A stretch of 64,000 nt of DNA, taken from NCBI RefSeq assembly GCF_006345805.1, contig NC_043006.1, positions 70,370,001-70,434,000 of the forward strand. Direction: 5' to 3'. Of the stretch, positions 53,469-64,000 are shown one piece after another. The stretch's first letter is position 1; every line of letters starts with the position of its first letter. The position numbers were made by a program, and so were the translations under genes. The notes under the pieces are model-generated. The model was not told the DNA's origin, did no database searches, and saw nothing but the letters and a program-made list of their open reading frames with translations. The stretch is from Octopus sinensis. Its lineage: Eukaryota.

Positions 53469-54659
53469 CTTATGGTCAAAGATGTTCTGTCTGTAACCAT
53501 TTTCTCCTATAGCAAACATAGTTTGTCTCAGAATGCATTCTACAGTATATTCTTTCTTTCTTCAATTTGTTAGAGAGAATGTGCTTAGAAAGAGAGAGAG
53601 AGAGATTTAGCTGCTCTTTATACCCAGTCTAGCAACCTTGTAAAGCTCTGCTTTTGACTCATATATTTGTGTGTATGTGTATATGTGGATATACAAGTGA
53701 TATGATCCAATAAACAAAATATTGATTTAATAAGTGTGTTTGTATGTGTTGCTATATATATCTGTATGTACACAAACACACACTTCCCTGTAACTTGAGG
53801 GTACACCCTGACACATCTTCACCATCTTCTTTCTCTTTCTCCTCTCCTCTTTTCTCTTTCTTCCTACTGCGGTAGCCATGTACCTCTTCTACTGCAAGAC
53901 ACCTATTTTTATCCCTATATCATATTCTAATCTCACATCATCTGACACAAAGCCACTTCCCTCAACACAGTCAATGAGTCTTGTCTTCCAAGTTCCTTGG
54001 TGATCTTGCTGGTGCTAGTATTATATAAAAGCACCCAGTACACTCTGTAAAGTGGTTGGCATTAAGAAGGGCATCCAACCATAGAAATATTGCCAAGGGA
54101 AACAGTGGAGCTTGGTGCAGTCTTCCGGTTTGCCAGTTCTTTGTCTAACTGTCTGACCCATACCAGCATGGAAAAATAGATGTTAAATAATGATGATGAT
54201 GGTGGTGGCATCATCAAGTGTCTTCATTCCTCTGTGTTTGTGTGGTGAGAAGCTTGCTTCCCAACCACATGGTTCCAGGTTCAGTCCCACTGTGTGGCGC
54301 TTTGGGCAAGTGTCTTCTATTATAGCCTCAGGCCGACCAAAGCCTTGTGAGTGGATTTGGTAGATGGAAACTGAAAAGAAGCCCATCTCTCTTTTATTAT
54401 TACTCCCACTGCCACCAACAACACTACTACTTTTAATAAAACATCAACTCTCCCTAAGTTTCTTCGTCTCTCTTTCATTCTCTCTTTCTTTCTCTCTTTC
54501 TCTGTCTTCACCATCACCCTCACCGTCTCTATGCCTACTATTACTCTCACCCCATCATGAGGAATAGTAGAAGTGTCATTGAATAGTGAGAGAGTGAGAT
54601 CTAAGTGTGACACACTGACATACAGAAATTAGTTTTCACATTTATTATATTAGATGTGT

Positions 54660-54713
<54 letters not shown>

Positions 54714-55089
54714 ATATATTATATATCTACACACACACACACATATATAGGCATCACTGTATTGATCAGATTATTAACGTTATACACCACCGGCCACAAT
54801 GTACTTCCTTGCATTATTCTAGCTTTTGAATGTTATTAACCCATTGGCTAGTCAGGCAGGCCAACATCTCTCTGAATGGAATGTCAATGTATTGCAGGTA
54901 ACCCATTTACAGCTGAACGGACTGGTGCTACGTAAAATGAAGTGTTTTGCTCAAGAACCCAATGCACCACTACTCTGAGAATCAAAGTCACAATCTTGCA
55001 GTGCATGTCTGTGTGTGTGTGTGTTGATTGGTTGATTGAAGGGGATCTATGTTGTTGGACTTGCTTGTCTGATAACGTATCAAATATTC

Positions 55090-55285
55090 CTTTCTATTAT
55101 AAGCACAAGGTCTGAAATTCTGGGGGGGGGGTGCCAGTCGATGAGATCGACCCTAGTACGTAACTGGTACTTAATTTATCAACCCCGAAGGAATAAAAGG
55201 CAAAATCAACCTCAGCAGGATTTGAACTCAGAAATACCTCTTAGCATTTCACTTGGGGTGCTAATGATTCTGCCAGCTTACTGCT
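55090..55285 (-). mobile_element. SINE family C
   Basis: Matches 10578-10813 and 45330-45550. Confidence 0.85.
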
Positions 55286-55477
55286 TTGATAACATACCAA
55301 ATATTGACCTGCATATGTTTGGCCTAGGGATTTGGGAAATTATTGTATTGTATAATGCATTGCATAATCTTATAATCATTTCACATCTTACATAACTGAA
55401 TCTATGATGTTACATCACAATAAAACCACTTAAAGAAACATTGCTGCAAGACTATATCCATTTGTCTATTTTTGTTA

Positions 55478-55672
55478 GCTGTGTGGTAAGTAGCTTGCTT
55501 ACCAACCACATGGTTCTGAGTTCAGTCCTACTGCGTGGCACCTTGGGCAAGTGTCTTCTACTATAGCCTCGGGCCGACCAAAGCCTTCTGAGTGGATTTG
55601 GTGGATGGAAACTGAAAGAAGCCCATCGTATATATATATTTATATATATATGTATGTATATGTTTGTGTGTC

Positions 55673-55718
<46 letters not shown>

Positions 55719-55719
55719 G

Positions 55720-55756
<37 letters not shown>

Positions 55757-55958
55757 TTGTCCCCCAACATCACTTGACAACTGATGCTGGTGTGTTTATA
55801 TATGCATCACCTAGCGGTTCAGCAAGAAAGACCGATAGAATAAGTACTAGGCTTACAAAGAATAAGTCCTGGGATTGATTTGCTCAACTAAAAGTCGGTG
55901 CTCCAGCATGGCTGCAGTCAAATGATTGAAACAAATAAAAGAATAAAATAAAAGAATA
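55478..55958 (+). mobile_element. SINE family A
   Basis: Colinear with 13320-13739. Confidence 0.9.
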
Positions 55959-55978
55959 TATATATATATATATATATA

Positions 55979-56398
55979 TTTTATTCTTTTAGTTGTTTCA
56001 GTCATCTGGTTAGAGCCATGCTGGAGCGTTGCCTTTAGTTGAACAAATCTACTCCAGAACTTATTCTTTGTAAGCCTAGTACTTATTCTATCTGTCTTTC
56101 TTGCCAAACTAATAAGTGACGGGTTGTAAACACACCAGCATCGCTTGGCAAGCAATGGTGATGGGACAAACACAGACACACAAATACACACACATGCACA
56201 CAGACATACATACATACATATATATATATATATACTAGGGGCTTCTTTCAGTTTCCATTTACCAAATCCACTCAAAAGGCTTTGGTTGGCCCAGGGCTAT
56301 AGTTGAAGACACTTGCCCAAGGAACCATGAAGTGGGACTGAACCTGGATCCATGTGGTTAGTAAGCAAGCTACTTACCACACAGCCATTCCTGTGCCT
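55979..56398 (-). mobile_element. SINE family A
   Basis: Reverse-complement full-length copy. Confidence 0.9.
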
Positions 56399-56519
56399 AT
56401 ATATATATTTTAGACGTTATCATATCATCTAATATATATAATGTATATATAATAATGTGATATTGGCTGAGAATACTATATGAGTTACTTAAAATGCTAA
56501 AGTTTCAAGCCAACCCAAG

Positions 56520-56578
<59 letters not shown>

Positions 56579-57816
56579 CACTGATGTTCGGTAAGAGCCT
56601 TGGCATGAAACTCTAGGCCCGTGCATAAACCCTGTAGTATTCACAGCTAATAAAAAGATTATATTTACTATGTATTGAGTTCTCCTCTTCTGGTTGTAGA
56701 AACCAAATGTGCTTTATAAATATATAAAACATGTTTTGTATGTATACATGTGTTAGGGACAGATCTAAATAGAAACATCACCTCCTCTCTCTCCCCTGTA
56801 CATTCAGTGTTCTGGAACATTCTGTTATAGTTCTATATTTACCATTCTCTGTCTCCCCCCTTCGCTATTCCTCCTCATCATCAGCATCATCATCTCCCTT
56901 GCCCCTGCCATGATATAAAGAGACTAAAAGTGGAGTGATGGTGATGTTTAACTTACCTTTTGTAGTTTAACAAACTACACACCTGGATGTATATATATAT
57001 ATATATATATATATAAACAAAAAATATGCAATTTTGTGTATACGTTGTATACAACTACAAATCAATGATGTATTTGATAGTGTGTGTGTGTGTGTGTGTA
57101 TACATATATGTGCATTTGTGTGTACATACATATATGTATATATGTGTGCATCTGTACCCCACCTCAATGATGTCAGAACCTGCCCCCCTGTTACAGCAAC
57201 TCGGGTCTGTCTTCCTTATATAGGGGCTTTTTTTGGCAACACATAGGGCCCTTGAGCTCTTTGTATACCTTTGTGGGTTTGTGCGTACGTGCAAGCTTAT
57301 GTAGTGTGGCTGTATTAATTTAGAGTATTTTATGAATGCGTTTGTGAACAGCTTCATATGTGTATATGCATACATACATACATACATATATATATATGCT
57401 TGTATGTATCTGTTCATACATACATACATATATATATATGCTTGTATGTATCTGTCTGTCTGTCTCTCTTTCTCATATATATATCCATATACACACATGC
57501 ATAGATATGTGCAACTATATATACAACCATATATGTCTGTATGTTTGTGACAATTTATCCAGTTTTATAGTGTGTGTGTGTGGTTGGCCTTCCACTCCTC
57601 ATCATCACCATAATTGTCAGCATGTCTTGTGCATTTTAAATCTGGTGATGCCCATCCCTCTCTGGGTTTCCCTAACCAACAGAGAGAATATATGTGTGTC
57701 TGTGTGAGAGAGAAAAGAAGATAAGGACAAATATCTGTCAAATGTAAATAATGTATATATATATATATATATCATCATCGTTTAGCGTCCGCTTCCCATG
57801 CTATATATACACATTA

Positions 57817-58205
57817 TCTCTCTATATATATATAAACGGCAAAATGTCTGCCTCTGTGTGTGTGTATCCTTTATGTGTGTGTATCTTTTTAATCCACAAT
57901 TTTTCAGTTAGAGGGCTCGCACTTTCTATGGTCATTCAAAACCGTCCAAGGGTGGTCGTGCACATCTTTACATTTCCCCAGTCACCCAGCAAAGCCATTA
58001 AAAAAATCAATAGAAGTGACTTTTTTGTGAATTTTCTATCCAAAACCCAATCAAAATGCCTAAAACTTGATATGCCAATTGAATGCCAGCTAGCTGTATG
58101 TGATTGGTCGGAAATTTGGACAGCACTCGCATGTATGTGCACATGCACGCAGCTGTATATGCATGCACTAGCACTATGGCCGGCAACACCGGGTCATAGT
58201 GCTAG
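57817..58205 (+). mobile_element. Non-autonomous Helitron-like element
   Basis: Starts A|TC(TCTCTATATATATATAAACGGC), has a subterminal CCGG-CAACA-CCGG hairpin, ends CTAG|T, and has no TSD. Confidence 0.7.
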
Positions 58206-58241
<36 letters not shown>

Positions 58242-58368
58242 ATATATAGATATATATATAGAGAGAGAGAGAGATTCATAAATTTGAAACAAGGTGGTAA
58301 AAAATAGTACTTGAATACCGGAGGTAGAGTAATATGCTTTATCATTATTAGAGCTGCAAAAACAATGT

Positions 58369-58412
58369 AAACTGTCTGATGAATGAGAATGTGAAACTCT
58401 GACTAGCAGTTT
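58369..58412 (+). ncRNA. Minimal type I hammerhead ribozyme motif, partly decayed
   Basis: Stem I AAACTGT/GCAGTTT; core CTGATGA (58376-58382); stem II ATG-AGAA-TGT; GAAA (58393-58396); stem III ACT-CTG-ACT with one C:C mismatch; U16.1-A17 cleavage site at 58404-58405. Confidence 0.55.
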
Positions 58413-58649
58413 TTTGTGTTATTTTTGTTGGAGCTTTCTAAGAGGTACTAAAGTTGTCAAGAACTCAGCTGTCAGTTAAACACATTTGGAATCTGAGGAT
58501 TACTCTATGTATGAAAATGCTGATTTAACTTTATGAGCATTACAAAATATATACTTTTTTAATGTTAAAATACCATAACAAAAAACGTGAAAACCACACC
58601 ATGTTTTTACTTTATTCAACTGACATATATATATATATGTATGTATATA

Positions 58650-58687
<38 letters not shown>

Positions 58688-58690
<3 letters not shown>

Positions 58691-59000
58691 TCATTATTTA
58701 ACGTCTGCTTTCCATGCTGACATGGGTTGGACAATTTGACTGAGGACTGGTGAACCAGATGGCTGCACCAGGCTCCAATCTTGATCTGGCAGAGTTTCTA
58801 CAGCTGGATGCCCTTCCTAACGCCAACCACTCCGAGAGTGTAGTGGGTGCTTTTATGTGCCACCGGCACACAAGGGCCAGTCAGGTGGTACTGGCAACAC
58901 CCACGCTCAAATGGTGGTTTTTACGTGCCACCTGCATAGGAGCCAGTCCAGCGGCACTGGCAACACCCTCCCTCGAATGTTTTTTCATGTGCCACCGGCA
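58688..59000 (-). mobile_element. Family B
   Basis: Reverse-complement tail and three modules. Confidence 0.85.
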
Positions 59001-59279
59001 ATGCTATATATATGTATGTGTGTGTATTTGTGACTCAATGAAAATGGACTAAATTTTATAACAAGAATATTTATTGAATGTGTTTCTGTTGGAGCTTGTG
59101 TTTATGGCCAACATTGACCAGAATCTAGTAAATAGACTGGATGAAAACGACTGAGCTGGTTTGTTTTCTTGGTTGTTGTTGTGTTAGTTTTGTTTCATGT
59201 TAATATTTTTTTGCAGTGTAATCATGAAAAGAGTCTTAATGATACTCCCACCTCATTGCGTGTCTGTGCATTACATAAT

Positions 59280-59820
59280 CACCACCGCATATCATTAATC
59301 TATATAAACACACACACACACAATCTATATTGCACCACCAATGTTATTGGCATGATCATCATTATTATCATCACCACTATTGCAAACGTCAAATATTATT
59401 TTCATCAATATTATCTTCTCCACCACACTATGATCACCATCATCAGCAGCATATCACATCCATCATCATTGATACCGTGACCAACTACCACCACCATCAT
59501 CATCAGCATCCTCATCATTATCATCATCAACCGTCATCATTGCCATCATTAACACCTCCTTAAGCAACCACCCACATCTCCATCATCATCATTATCGCCA
59601 TTAACATCAACACCATAAGCAACCATCATTATCACCATCACCATCACTTCCATAGCAATCATTGTCATCACCATCATAGGCTACCATCATTGACATAGCA
59701 ACCACCATCCTGTCATTATCACCTTACGAACAACCATCATCATCATTATCACCATGCCCAACCATCACCACCACCATCATCATCACTATCATCATCGTCA
59801 TCATTATCATCATAGGTTTC
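59280..59820. repeat. Degenerate (CAT/CAC)n tract
   Basis: Direct reading. Confidence 0.9.
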
Positions 59821-60729
59821 ATGTAATTTTCCCTCCATGTTGGTGTTGGTAGCATGAGTTTTTGCTTCAGCTGTTGAGACCTACCACCATTATATATATG
59901 CATAAATAAAACACTCATAATTTTTTTTCTTTTAAAACTTCATTGCATGAGATTGATACCACGAAATTTGTCGAACTGAGCTCTATCATTTAAGCTTAAT
60001 TAAAATATAGTTTGTTATTTTTTGCCTTATATTTTTTCATATTTTACCTCAACTTTGTTTTTGATACAAATTTTTTTTGCATGGAATCAAAACTATGAAA
60101 TTATTCATGCTTTCTTCTATCATTGAAGTTAAGCTAAATATATTTTGCTTTTAAAATAAAAAGAAGTTATTTAGATCTAAACTTGGTTGGTGCTGTTACT
60201 TATTCTCCTATAACATTGCTACAAATTTTTATGTAAACTTTCTTCTACTGGACCAAATCTCAATTTTTTTCATGCGTGAATGTAACTAGGGACCAGTCCA
60301 CTTCAAAAATGTTAAGTTTTACATTTGGTTAAGAACTGAATTAGCAACAAGCCTTGAAAGATGCTGAGTGTGAGTGAATTGCAGCCTTAAGAATATTATT
60401 CAACTATTACTGTAGTTGAATGATGGGAGAGGTTTGAGTTAGAAAGGAGGGGGGGGGGCAGTTCACTTGGGTAGATGGAAATTGGAAAAGTTCCATCTAA
60501 CTCAAGGGAGACTGAAGTTGGAAAAGCAGTTGAGGTAAATCAGTTCAGAGATAAATTGAGATAATATAATTTGGAGAGTGTGAGTGAGGGGGAAGCACAG
60601 AATCTCATTGCACCAGTGTTGGGGGTTTGCTTGGCTCAGTGGAGGTAGAAAAGACAGAAAACATACATGTTTGTGTGTCAGTGATGGTAATGTATTGTGA
60701 ATTAAATTTTATAAATTATAAAATAAAGA

Positions 60730-61056
60730 CCTCCTCTTTGGTCATGAATGACCATGGGATTGCACCTAGAAAGTTCCTAGAAAGTTTGAGCAAGGTCGTT
60801 TATGGAAGACTAGCAGTCACCCATGCATACCAACCTCCTATCTCCATGCTACTGATGTTATCCAAGGTAAAGGCAAATGCCAATACAGCTTGGCACCATT
60901 GATGTCGCAACTCATTTCTGCAACTGAATGAATTGGTACAACATGAAGTAAAAGTGTTTTGCGTAAGAATACAACACACAGCCTGGTCTGAGAATAGAAC
61001 TTGCTACTTCATGATTGTGAGTCAAATGTTCTAAACCATTGAGCCTTGTGCCTTCA
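60730..61056 (-). mobile_element. SINE family D, full-length and diverged
   Basis: Colinear with 15470-15800. Confidence 0.85.
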
Positions 61057-61064
61057 CAAAAAAT

Positions 61065-61440
61065 ATAATGAACTTATTGTATACAGTGCTCAGGTGCACT
61101 ACAACACATCAGGAAAAGTAACCAACACTGCATGAACAGGACATGGAATAATGCACGGGAAGGGAACAGTGAAAAAGACTTTAAAAAAAAAAGGAGTAGG
61201 GTGGGGTGAGGCATCAGTTGTACCATTGGTGAATTTCAGGAAGCATGGCTATTTTGAAGAATGTAGTGTCTCAACAGCTAACAACTAATACAGGTAGTTT
61301 ATTCGATGCTTCAGCAATTCTGGGCATGAAAAAATGTTTCCGAAAGTCATAGGTGCTGTGTTGTTTTTTGATTTTGTAGGCATGTCCATGAGTGTGAGAC
61401 GTTTGGAGTTCAAAAATGTTGCCCAAGGTTGTTGTTGAAA
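61065..61440 (-). mobile_element. CR1-type LINE extreme 3' fragment
   Basis: THGHAYKIKKQHSTYDFRKHFFMPRIAEASNKLP matches the CR1 ORF2 C-terminal pattern (TRGH..K...R..FF..R....WN.LP), followed by a 3' UTR. Confidence 0.8.
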
Positions 61441-61441
61441 A

Positions 61442-63620
61442 GATTATTATTATAAAGCTATCATATGCTACTTTAGGAAGGAAGGTGTGTTGTTTTTTTC
61501 TGAAGTGACAAGTTTCCTCAAATCTCAAGAATCTCTCTTGGAATTCTTGCAGAATACAAAGTGGAACTTTTCTACAGGTTGACAGAATGAGTCTCATTTC
61601 CAGTATCCTTCAATCTCATAACCAGTAATTTAAGTGTTGTGCCAAGTGCACCAATTATCACAAAAGCAATTGTTACCTTCTCATTCTTTTCATCTCTCTG
61701 GCTAGATCCTGTTATTTCCTAATTTTTTTTTCAATTTCTTTAATATCCACTCCATTACCATATAGTATTGCAAAGTCTATACTCTTAAACTTTTTTCTTT
61801 CTACAATCATATCTTGTCTCCTTGTTTCAATAGTATGGTTGGACTTTATGGAGAAATCCCATAAAATCCTTTAATTTTATTATCCATCATAGTTTTTGGC
61901 TTGTGTTCATACCACTTTTCTGTCATTTTGGACCCATACACTTGGCTTACATTCTAATTCACTCTTTCACCAATGTACTTATTCTTGCATTTATACTCTT
62001 TTTGCGCTGCTTTACTGCATTCATTTAAAAGATTGTTAATGATTTTGTTTCCATTTCTAGAGATTCTGTATTTGCTCTCTGACTGAATTCTATCAATCTT
62101 TATAAAATTCATTCCAATGGCTTGTTCTTGAGCAGTTAGTGATTCAGATTCATGTATTCATCAGTCAGCCATAACCAGCATTCTTTACTTCCGACATCCT
62201 TGTTTTGTTGCAGGATTTGATCATGTAATTTCTTCTCTTTCCAGCTACTTACCCTATCATTCTTCACTTCATACAACATAGTCTTGTAAACCCAATATTT
62301 CGGTTTTAATGGTATATTCTGCATTTAACAAGCCTCTGTCCCTTCCTTCCTTTGTAGGTGGAATCTTGTCAATTTTACTTTTAGGATAGTGCACATTGTG
62401 AGAAAGGAGAAACTCTTTGGAAACTTTCTCATTACTTTTTCTATTACCCTATTGTTCTGCAGCACTGCTAGGTGCTTGTACACCTCATTTTTTCTTAGCA
62501 ATTTAATATAATCTTGTCACAATCTTACACTATTAGATTTAATTTTTCAGCTTTCCTTCATAATTAAAACTGCACTCTTATTAACCCCCAAACTGCATAC
62601 CAATATCCTTGTTAAATATTCTTACTGGTCAGAAAATCTAGGTATTTTTTAATTTTTTGTATATAGTTTGAGGTCATTCAAATATATAGCTGTTGATGTA
62701 TTTTCACCTTCAGTTTGGCAAACTTATAAGCAGGCTTGGATTTTGTCACTATGCTTGTCAATGGGATTAACACGATGACAAAAAGCAATGGAGATAGCAA
62801 GTCTCCCTGGAATATCCCCCTCCATATTTTCATGTTTCCTAATGGTTTATTTCTACATTTTAGCTATATTTCTCAAGATCACATTGCTTTTCTAAAGAAA
62901 CTTAATCTTGTTCCCAAATGTCCTCAGGTACTTCAAGAGTCAACAATGTGCAACATTGTTGAAGATTTTTTTGTAGTCTATCCAATCAGCAGCTAATTTC
63001 TTCTTACTTGTTATACCTCACTTAATATCTTGCTTTCAATATAAAATAGATCAACAGCTCCCCCTGACTTCCTTCTGCATCCCTTTTGCTCCTTTGGCAA
63101 TAGATTCTCCTTCTACTGAAAATTATATAATTCATTTGTTATGAAGCCAGTTTATAATTTCCAGTGTAATGGTGAGCATGTAATAAGTCTATAATTACTG
63201 ACTTCCTGCCTCTTCCCTTTGTCCTGTATTAGCACTGTTTTTTTAAAATTTTTACTATCCATGCTGGTGTTCCATTTTCTGTACAGTCAGTAAGAAATGG
63301 CTGTACATATCTGAAGGATTTTTAAAAGTCAGATTCCCTAAACACGATTTGGTCCAGGAGTTTTCAAATTTGGTCTTTTCTTAAGTATTTCTTTCACTTT
63401 CTCATCTGTAATATTTAATATGTATATTTTCTTGTTTTGATCTATTTTCTATTTTACTTTTAAATTTTTGTAACCATTCTGCTTCATTGTTATGCTAAAC
63501 ATCTTTGCTCCAAAAACTCCAGCATCTGGCAATTGATTTTAAGCAAGCACTCCCCATAAAGTCTTTTAGAGAGGCTTTTTGGCACTCCCTAAAGCTCTTC
63601 TTTTAGCCCTTCCTTTTGCA
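61442..63620 (-). mobile_element. R4/Dong-like non-LTR retrotransposon relic (RT plus C-terminal restriction-like endonuclease)
   Basis: Degenerate motifs KTPGPN, NYRLITC, EQKGCRR, IDYKK, GIFQGDLLSPLLF, YLNDLKLY (YxDD remnant), KWYEHKP, ILWDFSI and VIIGALGT, with a (TAA)n tail. Many stops and frameshifts. Confidence 0.85.
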
Positions 63621-64000
63621 GCATGCTCTCCTTTACAGAGTGTGTTATAGAAGAGCTGCTTTAAGACGCAGTCATACAGTATGCACCTGACATATCCAGC
63701 CATCTCACTTGGGCCTTCTGCATGGTGTACAGTATTGGCTTATTAAAGCACTTTAGTGTCAGGGGGACCAGTGGATGTGTGACACACTATATATACATCT
63801 CACCTGGAAACGGTAGAGTTGTTTCACAACTCTCTTATAATCCTGGGCTTACTTGCCCAAGACTAGAATCTTGGAATACTTTGGCTTGCAGGAAGGTTGT
63901 GAGAACAATTGCACAGTAGACTAGCTTAGTTATGAAGTTGATTTACCTGCATTCTCATATATCTATTTGAAGTCTGGTGAAGGTAGTATTGGTTTTTGAG

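Noticed and set aside
56575-56625. CTGATGT...GAAACTCTAG hammerhead-like motif
   Set aside because: A9 is substituted, there is no U16.1-H17 site and stem I is absent. At best it is a heavily decayed relative.

Overview
AT-rich, repeat-saturated animal genomic DNA. The SINE, MITE and microsatellite landscape looks like an octopus (coleoid cephalopod) genome; this rests on recalled repeat families, not a database search. No protein-coding gene can be named, and nearly all ORFs in the track are translations of microsatellites or SINEs. Well supported content: at least five dispersed SINE-like families (called A-E here), plus an unclassified family G; MITEs of the mariner, hAT, piggyBac and pogo types; a non-autonomous Helitron; an internally deleted Tc1/mariner relic; two CR1/L2-group LINE 3' fragments; a 2.2 kb R4/Dong-like LINE relic; a tRNA-Met pseudogene; a 60-bp minisatellite; a 2.3 kb polypyrimidine tract; a 4.5 kb zoned TA satellite; and a 100-N gap flanked by a 3 kb duplication that is probably an assembly artefact. 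A few short unique islands have exon-like splice signals, mostly on the minus strand, and are reported at low confidence. The most interesting signals are a near-intact minimal type I hammerhead ribozyme motif at 58369-58412, several closely spaced inverted SINE pairs that are potential ADAR substrates, a LINE flanked by an unusually long duplication, and a Helitron whose 3' end lies inside an extended hairpin. Most repeat coordinates are approximate (about 10-20 bp).
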